Positions 1 to 12,500 of a DNA stretch of 64,000 nucleotides are shown here, piece after piece. The position numbers were made by a program, and so were the translations under genes. Numbering within the stretch: position 1 is the first letter of the stretch; each line of letters begins with the position of its first letter. The notes under the pieces were generated by a model. The model was not told the origin of the DNA. It worked only from the letters and a program-made list of their open reading frames with translations, and did no database searches. The DNA comes from Pavona decussata (taxonomy: Eukaryota): positions 6,448,001 to 6,512,000 of the forward strand of contig CDRNST010000144.1 in the NCBI GenBank assembly GCA_977016875.1. Direction: 5' to 3'.

Positions 1-721
1 CTAGACTGTTTTAACTTACTGGATCACAACACAAAGAAGAGGAAGTCACTTTAATGTCTATATTAAGTAAATGAGAATTTTCCAACCAGTTTGTAACCTT
101 TTTGGGAATTAGTTGTCTGAGATCCGCAGACCATTTTTCAGTGTTTTAGTCAATATGAGCTGTCAGTATGGCCATATTCCTCTGTTTTTGTATAGAAATA
201 GCTCTTACAACTTTGGAAAAGACATTTTGCAGTGAAAGTTAATGGTGACAGTTTAAATACACTGTATAAATGTTGCCTTTATGTGGACTGTGTTCATTTC
301 ACTTTTTTTCACCGATTTCAGGCACCTGTAAATAAGGAAATTTTCTTGGTTTATTCAATGTATCTAGAGACTTTTCACACTATTTTCAAATTGTGTATAG
401 AACTAGGTTTCATTTGGTACAATTTTTCTCTTTGTAACTTCATTTTGAGGATATGCATCTTGTCTGCAAAGTTTCAAAACAAATTTTTGATTACGCAATC
501 TTCCGTAATGTGACACCACTGTCTCCATAGAAACCAACTTGTCATCTTCACACCTGACTGCATGTGAAAGGCAATTCTCTAAGAAATAAAATGATGGTTA
601 GCTTGTCTTGATTGGACTGCTAGTTCCTGTTTTATGCTTGTTTTAGTGTACCTAGCTTTTTTGGCTAATATTAGGCTGGCACTACCAAGGTACCCCCCTC
701 AAAATCGTGGCACTAATAGGG
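1..721. mobile_element. Right end of a probable piggyBac-type (TTAA-specific) element inserted into a LINE; left end outside the window
   Basis: Ends ...CTAATAGGG|TTAA (TTAA 722-725) exactly where LINE RT homology (KSYLHNRTQFV) begins. Only one end is visible. Confidence 0.45.
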
Positions 722-2630
722 TTAAAAGCTACTTACATAATCGCACTCAGTTTGTTGAGATTGGCAATACTAAATCCAGTTATGAAACGATTGTTTGTGG
801 CATACCACAAGGGTCAACGCTAGGCCCACTTTTATTTTTACTTTATATTCATGACTTGCCAAATTGCTCTAAGAAACTATCATTTCGAATCTTTGCTGAT
901 GACACAAATATGTTCTACACGTGTGATAAGTTACAGCATCTTGAAACCATCATGAATGAGGAACTAAAATTAGTTTTTAAGTATTGCGACATTAACAAGC
1001 TTTCTATAAATCTTGCTAAGACAAACTATATGGTAATCTTATCTCCAAAATTAAATGGAAGTATATGCATACTTAATATTGAACGGAAAAGCCAAATAAA
1101 ATATTTAGGTGTATACATTGATCAAAATTTACACTGGGGATCACAGATTCAACACATAAACAATAAATTAGGTAAAAATATTGGCATCATTAATAAACTA
1201 AAGTGCCCCTAACCCTTCAATTTGTTTTCTTTTGGTAGATTTCCATATCTTTCAAGAACTCATTTTCGAAAAAATTTTTGAGAAATATTGAATCCTTTTT
1301 TTTTTTACGAGCGCTAGAAGTGAAGGCAGTCTTGTCGATATTTTCACCTATCGTTCGCATTAGTCCCCCACTCGGCCAAATAGGGAGCGTGACGTAAGAA
1401 AAGGACATCGTGCAAAAATATCCAAAGATTCGCGGTAATGCTTCAATTGTAAACAGAGAAAATGGTTGAAAAATGTGTGGTTTTTGGATGCAGCAACTCT
1501 CGAAATGTAGAGAAAGGAATCAGCATGTATAAGATTCCTTCTGAATCCTTCTGGTGTCCTTTTTTTACGTCACAGTTAAGAAAGTGTCAAATATCGGACG
1601 CTTCTCATTGGCTCGTTCCTAATGAGCCCACGAGACAAAAATTTGTCCAGCGGGGCTTAAAGCGCGCAAAAATTTAAAAATTCCAGCAACTTTTAGCGCT
1701 CGTAAAATAAAAAGGATTCAATATTTCTAAAAAAAAATTTCGAAAATGAGTTCTTCACAGATGTGGAAATCTACCAAAAGAAAACAAATTGAAGGGTTAG
1801 GGGCACTTTCAGATATTACGTAGATCTTCATACTTTAAGGCAGATGTATTTCTATTTCATTCATCCATAATTAACTTATGGTATTACAAGCTGGGGTAGT
1901 GCTTACAAGACCAGGTTGCTTAAGATTAAAACTAAACAGACCAAGTGTGTGCATAGCATGTTCTTTGCTTATAGCAGGGACAGTGCTATGCCATACTTAA
2001 ATCTCTTAGGTATTCTTACACTTGAAAACATTTACAAATTTAAGGTGGCCCTTTTCACACATAAAATTATTAACAATACTACTAATATTCCTAACATTTT
2101 CAAAGGAACCCTAACTCTTGCCTCTGAAGTTCATAGCTATAACACCAGATTTGTATCAAACCTTAATTTTCATCGGCTGAGGATAATGAATAACTAGACA
2201 GCTGCCACTTTAGCATTTGCAGGGTCAAAAATTTGGGAAAAAATTCCCACTAAATTAAAAAAGCTCTCATATAATAGCTTCTACAAGCAGTACAAATTGT
2301 ACCTTTTAAATGCCCAATGAATATTGGGTATTTAAAAGGAATTGCCCTCACTATTAATTATCATTCCTATTGTTTTTTATGTAAAAATTGTAGTATGTTT
2401 CTATTATTGCACTTTTCTTATTCTTTAATTTTTTTGCTGTTTATTTGCACGTTATACACCAGTTAGTTGCACGTGGCAGTGACCAACTCAAAAGCCTAAG
2501 CTCCTTTGGTCACTGCGCACATTTATGTAATTTAATGCTATCTTTATATTACTTTTCTTATATATTGTAATTTCCTTTTGTTGTAAGCCATTGAAATAGT
2601 GCACAATAATAAAAACCTTAAAACCTTAAA
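722..2630 (+). mobile_element. CR1/L2-group non-LTR retrotransposon, 3' part (RT C-terminal half, 3' UTR, tandem tail); decayed and split by a MITE
   Basis: GIPQGSTLGPLLFLLYI, FADDT and KYLGVYID motifs at 722-1200. Frame resumes at 1812 (YYVDLHTL..LTYGITSWG..HSYNTR) to a stop near 2320. 3' UTR hairpin 2476-2516; tail AATAATAAAAACCTTAAAACCTTAAA ends at 2630. Confidence 0.9.
1202..1807 (+). mobile_element. Non-autonomous Kolobok-like DNA transposon (MITE) with ~115-bp TIRs and a THAP-domain remnant
   Basis: TIR AGTGCCCCTAACCCTTCAATTTG... / ...CAAATTGAAGGGTTAGGGGCACT; flanks CTAA and TTCA (degenerate TTAA). Excision restores LINE codons AAA CTA AGA TAT TAC (KLRYY). Internal MVEKCVVFGCSNS..GISMYKIP (1462) matches a THAP N-terminus. 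Confidence 0.8.
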
Positions 2631-5341
2631 GAACCTTTTTCGTGTGTAAATAGTTTATTACGATGTAAATAGATCTAAATAGACAGATTTTCTTTCGAGT
2701 ACGTTTCTAGGCTGTAAAATGCTCAAGCCAGCTTCTTGTTGTTGTCCACATCACTCTACGTGGGGTCACGCTGTCTCTTCCATTCTTCGAGTCTTCCGTT
2801 CTTAGACAGTGAAATCCGCGTATGTGGAGTAAATCGAGACGGCCACCACAATGGCCAAAGAAGGTGGATTTGCGTATCTTGCAGAGATCGTCTGAAACTG
2901 GAGGCTAAATGCGAAAAGCTACAGGTACGTTTTATCCGATAAGTTGTAATTTTTCTTCAGCTGATTTCAAAACTACAAAGCGAGGCCAGAATGACTTGCT
3001 ATGCCTGCTTTATCTTTTGGTATAGATGGATGTTAACCGTTCTTCATAACTTAAATCTACACCTACATACAATCAATATGTGTTTATTTATAGTATATGA
3101 TATTACTTACTAACTATCTGTGTTTACCTATATTACAGAAAACTGTAGAAGATATCAGCAAGAGAAACGAAAGTCTGGAATGTCCAGTTATTGACATTGT
3201 TGACAATAGCGATTGTCAAGATGTTGTGGAAACTTGTAGCAGTCAGACACAAACAGAACCCTGCAACTCAGCAGTGTCTACTGCAGATAAGGGCACTCAA
3301 GTGGAACAATTCCCTATGAGACCATACCATTTGTACGAGTCAAGAAAGAGAAGGGATATCAGGACCGAAATAATCAATCAGATCTGACATTTGTTATCTG
3401 GGTATGTTCATGGAGATGAGGATTCACTTGCCACCATTGCTCAAGATCTCATTCAATCCAAGAAATGGGCAACCATCTTTGGCGTACCAGAGGTAAAACA
3501 AGACAAGTGTATGCAAGATAAGGTATTGCAATCCATTGTAAAGGAGTATAAGGAATGCAACAGCAAGGAGACCAACACCCTAATAAGAAGCAAGAGAAGG
3601 AAGCTAAAGCAGGCAATCAACATTTCGGGAACAATGTCAAGCAGTTCCATTGCCTTTCAAGGTACAACACCTGACTGCTATAAATCCCGGACAGAAGCAG
3701 CACAAAGCATGGGGAGGGTTGTGTGTTACTCTGCAGAGAGACGTAGACTGCTGTCAATTGTTGCTGCAGAGTATCCACAAACGTACTTGACAGAACTCTT
3801 CCAGTGTTCAAAGAGTACAGTCACTGCTGCAAGAGTACACAGCATATTGTTTGGTAGAGGTGGATTTCCCCCAGCATTGCTGAAATTTACTCGGCAGTGT
3901 GTTTCCCAGGAAGTCCTGGATCATTTGGCTCATTTTCTCTTATCAGATGATGTTTCCCGTCCATCATCTTGTAGAAGTGTCTTGGTTGAGGAGGGGGGGG
4001 GGGGGGGGGGGGAGAATGTCCCGTAAGGTAATGGCAAGATTCCATAAAGCAGTTGATCAATCAGTATCTTCTGGAATTTCCAAATGGCGAGAAAAGAAGC
4101 TGCATTTATGCCCATATACCCAGTAATTACCGAAGTAACACAATGTTTGCAGGGCTTTGCAATCTTTGTGAGGACTTTGGCTTTTCAAACTTTTCAAATC
4201 TGAGGGAAATGGTTCAGAAATTAGGAGCAGAATCTCTGAGTGACGACCTAGGCAGTGTTTGGAAGTCAATTACACTTCTACAGCGGTATCTCAAGACAAA
4301 GTTTTCTCACCAGGTACTTATATTTTTTATAACTGCAATTTCCTTACTTTTATAAAAAAAAACTTCGCCAAGTTACATGTACTTTATTGTTGTATCAATC
4401 ATGTCCTTTCTTGGATCAGTCCAGAAAGTGTCCATATCCATGAAATGAGTGGCTTTTCGGAAATGGGAGGACAAGAGAGTATTCTTTGCACTGAAAATCA
4501 GAAGAGATTATGGTATGTCTGAATTGATTCAAGGGCACTGGGTAGGGAGGGGTTAGGGTCAGATATGACATTTACAGAGTTGATAGACAGGAGCGTGCTG
4601 TTTGAAACCCTAATTTACTGTTCTTTCTAGTTCATAAATAGAGCACAAACTGACAAAGGTTCTCAAAAAATAGAACAAGAGCTATTTTGCTTTTTTGGGC
4701 ATTTCTAAACTGTAGCCATTGTTACATACATAATATTGTTGCTGAAAACTATTATATGCAGAATATTATGGAGGGGTTAGACAACAAATCCCTTTTCACT
4801 GGATCATGGTGGTGTTATTTACAGTAGTCAAAAGGTGATTTCAAAGAAACATTCATTTTGAAGAGGGAGGTGGTTGGCAATAATAATACATTTTAATACA
4901 TTTTCCTAATCCAGGTAACATGAAGGTAGACCTAACGATCTGTATAGACCAAATCTCAAACTTGATGGCTAAAAGGACCACAGCCTTATAACACTCTTGC
5001 AGTCAGATACACCTGATGTTATCTCAGTATATGTATATAGACAATTTTAAATTGCCGACTTACACCTCTTTAGGTACAGAGGCACTCTAGTTGCTTGGAA
5101 CTGTGCATGAATCATGCATTTCAGTCATGTCCCAGTAGCCACAGTGAAGCCTCTCCAGAGTTCAATGTAATTTATGACATCCACGGAAGTGTGAAAGCTG
5201 CCATTGCCACAGTCCAAGCTGAGAAGCAGCAAGACTATTCGGAGGTACTATCTGACTTCATGAAGAACTATTGGGACTACATTGCCCATCTGCTAAGGAC
5301 AAAACATCACATAGATTATTATAGGTAAAGCTCACTATATA

Positions 5342-6804
5342 CAGGGTGTTTCAAAAGTTCGTTCCGATTTAAAGTTGTTTATTTCTTAAACAAATCAATT
5401 GTTTGTTAGAACTTTTTCAATAAATTGAGGTAGATAATTTATTAACATGGGTGGCAATAGCAATTTTAATTGTCAACTTGATGCCTTTGTTTCGATTTTT
5501 GCGCCAAATGTACACACGCGCGTTTTCCCGCCATTTTTTCGCGCTTTTGATGCATGTTGTTCCTTTCTCGAATTTGTTGTTATTCTTTGATTTTTTTCCT
5601 GGACTTTCTGTTTTCTCTGTTACGAAAATGAAGTCAGACATTGTTTATGCTAGAGCTCAAGCAGCCATATTACGATCATCTGGTCATTCAGTCAAAGAAA
5701 TCGCTAAATTTTTTAACAAGACTGAACGTTGGGTGAACAAGTGGTCAAATAGAGAGTGCTTCGAAGACAAACCAAGACGTGGGCGACCGTCTGTTTTGAC
5801 GAATTGTGCTCGAAAATCAATCGAGAAAGCGAAGTACAAACGGAACAATTCAACAAGGAAGATTGCCAAGAATTTTCAGCAGAAAAATATCCACGTTTGG
5901 AGCATAACGGTGTGGAGATACATGACTAGAAAAGGATGGAAGGCTTTCAAGCGAAAGAAATTACCTCACAGTGTTGAGCGAAAAGCAAAGAAAAGCCCGT
6001 TTGAGATTTGCCAAGAAATACGCGAAGCTGACAGCAGAGGATTGGGACAATTTTTTATTCACAGATGAGTGTCCTAGATATCTTTTCCAGTACCCAAATC
6101 CAAAAAACGATATTGTATGGGGCTTGCAGGAATGTGATGTTCCTCCAGCTTTCCAAGTGAAGCAAAGTGCAAAGGTGATGGTGTGGGGTGGCATGACGGG
6201 TCGTGGGCTCACAAAGTTACACATGCTACCCACAGGCCAAACCGTAACTTCTGAATACTACATCAACCAAATCCTTGAGAAAGAAGTCAAACCGTTAACA
6301 TCAAGGCGTCAGGTTACTGGTGGCCCGATAGAGAGGAAGCTGTTTAGCTCAAAGAAAGAGATGACATTCGTTCAGGATGGAGCACCGGCTCACACTTCAA
6401 AGGCAACTCAGAGATGGTGTCAAGAGAATCTGCCAAACTTTATAGCCAAGGATGGCTGGCCAGCGAACTCTCCTGATCTCAATCCCATTGAGAACATCTG
6501 GAGTATCATTGACGAGACAACGTACAAAGATCCAGCCCCAAAAACGATGAAAGAGCTGAAGAGGTGACTACGCTTTGCATGGAAAAATGTGACTCTTGAC
6601 ACGCTAAAGGAACTCGCACATTCTATGCCTAGGCGATTAGAAAATGTCTTTAAAAATAAAGGCGGGCATTCTGGTTACTTATAATTTGAATGATCGAATG
6701 AAAAATAAGCCAAAAATAATATACCTAATTTTTAAAGAGGTAGTTTAAATAAATAATGAAATGTTAGAAGAAAACAAATCGGAACGAACTTTTGAAACAC
6801 CCTA
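5342..6804 (+). mobile_element. Tc1/mariner-superfamily DNA transposon (DD37E), full length, inside an intron of the Sola-like gene
   Basis: TA target duplication (5340-5341 and 6805-6806); ~29-bp TIR CAGGGTGTTTCAAAAGTTCGTTCCGATTT with the last base of the right copy mutated G>A. Confidence 0.95.
5628..6684 (+). pseudogene. Tc1-like transposase (HTH + DD37E) with one frameshift (~5965) and one internal stop (6565)
   Basis: RRGRP linker, FTDEC, VMVWGGM, QDGAPAH, WPANSPDLNPIENIW, C-terminal KGGHSGY. Confidence 0.92.
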
Positions 6805-7150
6805 TATTTGACATTATTTAACATTATTTGGTGGTTTCATAGGTTTTCACAGTGTGCTTATGCGGACAAATCAAGGTAGGAGTGTTCATCTCAGGCACCT
6901 TTAATACCAGAATGGTTGTTTATTATTATTGATATTATTTTCAGAACAATACAGTCGGTTCTCCTCAACTATCATGGAATTGTGAAATATATTTTTGGAT
7001 GCTCTTGCATTCATTTAGGTATGTTTTGAAGAACCTGAAGCCAGGAGAAGCCATTGTGGTCATTGATTACAAGATGAAACTCGAACTCGGTATGCATTCC
7101 AGAGAAATCCACCGTGACTGGTACAGAAAACGAGGGATTTCTCTTCATGG

Positions 7151-8179
7151 TTGACAGCGAAAGGCATATAGAATGTCATCTCAGGACTCTGTGGAGAGGT
7201 TGGATCTGAAACCCTTGACACTTAAACTACTCATGCTTATTGCTTTAGTGTCTGCTCAAAGAGGACAAAGCATACATATGCTAGACACTGCTTGTATGAA
7301 AGTGACTGACTCATCTTATGAGTTCTCATTACCAGAGAATGTAAAACAAAGCAGGCCTAGTCTTAAGACACCATCAGTTCTTCTTAAGGCATAACCCATA
7401 AACAAAGCTTTGTGTGTGTATAGTCATTTGACAGAATACCTTAGACGGACACAATATCTCTGGGGAGCTGAAATGAAACTTTTCATAAGTTTTGTTAAAC
7501 CACATTAACGGGTCTCCAGGGACTTGATCTCTAGATGGATTTGAACAACCATGGAAAGTGCAGGTATAGATATTTCAATGTTCACACCCCACAGCACTCG
7601 AATGGCTGCGACATCTAAGGCTAAAGCTGCATCCATCCTTATTCAAGAAATTTTGCGAACTGCGGGATGGTCTTCATCTGGGACATTTGATGGGTTCTAT
7701 GACAAGCCCCTCATGGAGGAAAGTACCTTTGCATCAGCAGTACTGAACAATGATTTAAGGTTTCGTTCAACCTCAGTGAGACATGGGTTGTACACTTTGA
7801 GTGTTTACCGTTATCAGTTTGTATACGCAGATGAAGCTATCCCAGGCATTTGGGCTACCTGTTCATGTTAGATGTCAATAAAGGCATATTTTCCCTACTC
7901 GATGTTATCTGTGTATGTGGCGAATAAGTATGTTCCTCATGTAAATGGTGGCTTTAAAGTCTCATGGGATCCCTGGGGCAGTGGTGACGAGATAGAATTG
8001 TAAAATTAAACGAGACTTACCTGTAAGTTAAAGTTTGATTGAGATTCTATCGAGTCACCAACTGCACCAAGGGATCACATGAGATTTCCTAGCACATGCG
8101 AATCCCTTGGTGCAGTTGGTGACTCGATAGAATCTCAATCAAACTTCAACTTACAGGTAAGTCTCATTTAATTTTATAA
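7151..8179 (+). mobile_element. DIRS-type tyrosine-recombinase retrotransposon, 3' fragment with terminal inverted repeats
   Basis: YR motifs LKLLMLIALVSAQR, KQSRP, LFISFVKPH, HSTRMAATS and AGWSS..TF..FYDK (7173-7750, several stops); nested inverted repeats 7959-8179. Confidence 0.85.
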
Positions 8180-8181
8180 CT

Positions 8182-8763
8182 GTTATCTTTAGTTTCTTGG
8201 AGATTGAGGACCTGGTAAGAGCTGCTAGAGTGTGTAAAGAATGGTGGAAAGTGATCTCAAGAGGTGCGAATCTAAAGGAAGCAGAGCCTTACGAATTGTA
8301 TCTCTCTAGATCAGAAGATGCGTACCGCTTTGTGCTGCTAAAGATGTTTGCTTTATTGACGCACCTAAACATTTCCTTGACTGGAGTCTCTAATCGGCAT
8401 TTTGAACGACTGTCAGGTACTGCAGAAAACCTAGAATTCTTGGACATCTCCAACTGTTTCTCCCTTGAGCAAAGCTCCATTTTTCAAGCAAAGAAAGCAT
8501 TCAGCCGTCTTGAACACGTGGACATTTCTGGTAGTCAAGGCAACTTCACAATTTTGGCAGTGGCGTGCCTGTGCTCCTGTGAAAGTCTTCAAATGATCGT
8601 AGCGCATGGATTTACCGTTACTGTGGAGGAATTGTTATTTCTTTCAAAAACATTTGAGTCAGTTTCAAGCGGAGAGTTGCAATTGGAACTAAAGGATGGC
8701 TACAACGTAATATCCGTGATGTCAACTTTTGAGGACAAACTGTTTGACGAATTCTTTTCTTAA
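8182..8763 (+). CDS. Intronless F-box/LRR protein, N-terminus cut by the DIRS end (probably a pseudogene)
   Basis: IFSFLEIEDLVRAARVCKEW matches the F-box C-terminal half; LRR units LTHLNIS, LEFLDISNC and LEHVDISG; open to TAA 8763; no ATG. Confidence 0.7.
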   Translation, partial: VIFSFLEIEDLVRAARVCKEWWKVISRGANLKEAEPYELYLSRSEDAYRFVLLKMFALLTHLNISLTGVSNRHFERLSGTAENLEFLDISNCFSLEQSSIFQAKKAFSRLEHVDISGSQGNFTILAVACLCSCESLQMIVAHGFTVTVEELLFLSKTFESVSSGELQLELKDGYNVISVMSTFEDKLFDEFFS

Positions 8764-9327
8764 GTTGCTGACTTCTTCTCAGCTGAAAAAACCCTTTTTT
8801 ATCTGAATGGTCATATTTTGATCTATGGAAAGACCTTTACAAATTTCTAGTTCTGTTTTGATGTATGTTCTGTTTGATGCATGACAATTTCTTGTGGCGC
8901 GGCGAACTTAATGCCTTCAATAAACGAGAACAATACAATGGCATACAGCAAAGTGTCGTGTTACTTTTAATACCCGGGGCTAACACAAAAAAAAAAATCA
9001 GGAAAAATACTTCCCTATATCCCATGCGCCTGAAACTTTACTTTCTGGCTATTTTTCTAACAACAATAAAGCACGTTTTGTCATACTTCGCTATAACGCG
9101 CGTTTGCTCGTTCAGGGATCGAAACAAATTCAAATTTTGCGCTCAACCTCATAACAGCCAATGAGCAAGGCCGAATGTTATTAAATTAAGTAATTAGCAC
9201 CTTTGATTACAACGAAAGATTTTGCATTGAACTGGCGTTTTTTGCCTCCTTTTTACGTGGAACATTACCTAAGATCTTACAGCCACACTTGGTACAACAA
9301 CTATAAATGGTGATTTCTTCTATATGG

Positions 9328-9502
9328 TGTTATGTAACGCAATCTAGCATACCATAGATTCCTCTAGAATGTTCCACTTAAGAGCCTCTCACATGTTTGT
9401 AATGCAGATATCAATGACACAGATTAGTTGATTAAACTACTTGAATGGAATACATGTTTTGCTGCATGTTCTTAACTTGCCGCTCAGTTAGAGAACACAA
9501 CA
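9328..9502 (+). repeat. 5' LTR
   Basis: Direct repeat of 13761-13935. Confidence 0.98.
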
Positions 9503-9513
9503 TGGTGTCAGAA
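9503..9513 (+). promoter_or_regulatory. Primer binding site, probably tRNA-Leu
   Basis: TGGTGTCAGAA directly after the LTR, complementary to a ..TTCTGACA-CCA tRNA end; tRNA identity is from recall. Confidence 0.75.
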
Positions 9514-9599
9514 CCGTTTTAAACGGCCTAAACCATTCACCGTAACTGTATTTCTTCGTGGCAGTGTTCGATTTAGCCCTCCTTCAGCCTGTTACCAGG

Positions 9600-12500
9600 A
9601 TGCCGGGAACAGAAGGGGAAACCTCGAATGCAGACAGAGGTGCAGAAGGGACAACTTCTCAGCAGTTATTACCAGTTAAACCGCCAAAATCCTTCGACTT
9701 TTCAAATTACGAAGAATGGCCACGGTGGCTAAAACGCTTTGATCGGTACCACATCGTCTCAGGCTTACAAAGCCAAGCAGAAGACCTTCAAGTAAATGCC
9801 CTTATTTACGCCATGGGTGGTGATGCAGAAGACATCATGGCCAGTTTTGTCTTCGCAGATGAGTCAGATGCACACAAATATGATGCTGTGAAAGCAAAAT
9901 TCAACAGTCATTTTGTCGCGAAGAAAACGTAATCTACGAGCGAGCAAAATTTAATCAACGGGCACAGGGTCAAGATGAGTCGGTGGAAAATTTCATCACT
10001 GCCCTTCATAGTCTGGCCGAATTCTGCGAGTATGGATCATTGAAGGATGAGATGATTCGTGACCGCTTAGTTGTCGGACTTAGGAACGAGAAACTCAGCG
10101 AAAAACTGCAGATTGACGCAAGTTTAACGCTAGAAAAAGCCGTTCAACAAGCCAGACAAAGTGAGTCTGTCAAAAAGCAGCAGGGAGTGATAAGATCAAG
10201 CCACATTCCGTCAAGCAATGTTGAAACGCTGGAAGAAAAACAAGCAAAATCAGGAAGGCCTCGAGGGTCACGTAAACCGAAACAACCCAGCAAGTCAAGC
10301 GGAGATGGAAACAACAGAAAGTTTAAAAGACGGACTACCGGATGTGAAAGGTGTGGAAACCCTAAAAATCACAACAGGCAGTCGTGCCCTGCAAAAGATG
10401 CGAAGTGTCACAAGTGCTCAAAACAAGGCCATTTCGCCAAATGGTGCCACGCGAGCGTACCACCGAGTAAAGTCTATGAAGTTGAAGCAGCCGAGAGCTC
10501 TAGCTCAGATTCAGACATCTTTCTTGGCGAAGTCGTATCCAAGCAAGAGAAACCATGGACAGCTGACGTGACAATCAACAGCCATCGCGTGACATTCAAA
10601 CTAGACTGCGGTGCAGATGTCACAGTACTTCCCAGCAAGATTTTCACCGAAATAACTGACAAACCGATCCTGTTGAAAACGTCCAAGAAGCTGTATGGCC
10701 CTTGCCGGTACGAGCTCAAGTGTAAAGGAGAGTTTGAAGCCTCTTTGAAGTATGAAAACAAGTCATGCAAGGAGCAGATTTATGTCCTGGATAATCTGGA
10801 TCGCCCACTACTTGGCCGCACAGCCTGTCACAAGCTTGGAATTATCAAGAAAATAGACGACGTCGTTTCACCTGAGAGAAGCCCAGATCGCATGAAGAAG
10901 ACACACCCAAACCTCTTCAAAGGACTTGGCTGTATGCCAGGCGAATATGAGATCAAGCTTAGCGACGGAGCCAAACCGTTCAACCTTACTACGCCCCGCA
11001 GAATTCCAATACCACTGCTGGACAATGTGAAAGCCGAAATAAAGCGTATGGAAGACATGGAAGTCATCGAGCGGGTGGATCAACCCACAGAATGGTGTTC
11101 TCCAGTGGTAGTCGTTCCCAAGAAAAATGGAAAAGTACGGATATGCGGAGACTTTATCCAGCTTAACAAAGCAGTTCAACGAGAGAACCATCCCATGCCC
11201 ACCACAGAGCAGACACTCGCCAAACTCACAGGTGCCAAGATCGTGTCAAAACTGGACGCGAACTCTGGGTTTTGGCAGAGGAAACTCAGCCCTAAGTCTA
11301 AGCTGCTTACTACCTTCATTACGCCCTGGGGACGGTACTGCTACAAACGACTCCCGTTCGGAATCTCATCCGCCCCAGAACACTTCCAGAAAACCATGCA
11401 GTACATCCTGGCTGGACTGGAAGGAGTGGAATGTCAAATGGATGACATCCTAGTGTTCGGAAACTCTTATGAACAGCACGACGAGCGTTTAGAAGCAGTC
11501 TTACGACGCCTTGAAGAGCATGGAGTAACCCTCAACCTCGAGAAATGTGAATTTGCCAAGGAAAACGTTGAGTTCCTGGGTCACGTGATCGGCAAAGACG
11601 GGATTCAAGCTGACCCTTCGAAAGTTGAAGCAATCAAGCGGATGAAGGCCTCATCTGATGTCTCAGACTTGAGAAGATTTCTAGGAATGGTCAACCAAAT
11701 GGGCAAGTACCTACCCAACTTCGCTCAGACCAGTAAACCCCTAAGAGAACTGCTTACCAAAGATAGCGCTTGGCTCTGGGACACAGCACAGAAGGAAGCG
11801 TTCGAAGAGATCAAGAGACAGCTGATTTCAACCCCAGTTCTGGCGATTTACGACCCACAGTTGGAGACGACAGTTTCAGCAGACGCCTCGTCATATGGAA
11901 TTGGAGCCGTGTTGACCCAAAAGCAGTCAGAGGGTTACTGGAAACCAGTGGCGTTCATCTCACGAGCCTTGACAAGCACTGAGCAAAGATACGCCCAAAT
12001 TGAGAAAGAGGCACTAGCTACTACATGGGCGTGCGAGAGATTGGCCGATTACTTAGTTGGCAAAACGTTTCACGTCGAAACAGACCACAAACCTCTCGTA
12101 CCGCTACTAGGATCAAAGAATCTTGACGAGATGCCTCCAACAATTCAGAGATTGAGAATGCGACTCCTGCGATTCCACTTTACAATCTCCCATGTTCCGG
12201 GTAAAAACCTAGTAACTGCCGATGCGTTGTCACGAGCACCTTTACAGCCAACGCCTAGCCACGCGAAAGAAGAAGAGATTGACCTCTATGTTGACAGTGT
12301 TCTGCTTCAACTACCCGCCACGGACAAGCGTCTTGAAGAGATCTCTGCTAAGCAGCAAGAAGATCCGGTGTGTAAGAAGCTTCTTGAATACTGCAAAGAA
12401 GGTTGGCCTGATTTCCACAAGATCCCAAGTTCACTGAGTCCGTACTGGAGCTCAAGAGGCGAGATTTCCCAAGTACGTGGACTACTCCTCAAGGGCTCTA

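Larger units (their letters stand above)
2719..7150 (+). pseudogene. Intron-containing DDD-type transposase pseudogene, tentatively Sola3-like
   Basis: Exons ~2719-2924, 3139-4312, 5074-5324 and 7018-7150 with GT/AG boundaries. Motifs TVTAARVH..GRG, GLCNLC..F..L, YLKTKF, AHLLRT and IDYKMKL..REIHRDWYRKRGISLHG (variant of DWAMKF..RESQ.DWFGKRGISWH). Stops and frameshifts; truncated by a DIRS fragment. Confidence 0.65.

Noticed and set aside
3992-4012. Poly-Gly linker or G-quadruplex
   Set aside because: A homopolymer run coinciding with a frameshift; likely slippage or assembly error.
9915-9935. Programmed -1 frameshift between gag and pol
   Set aside because: It falls inside the capsid region (KKNVIYERA) with no canonical slippery heptamer; a 1-bp deletion explains it.
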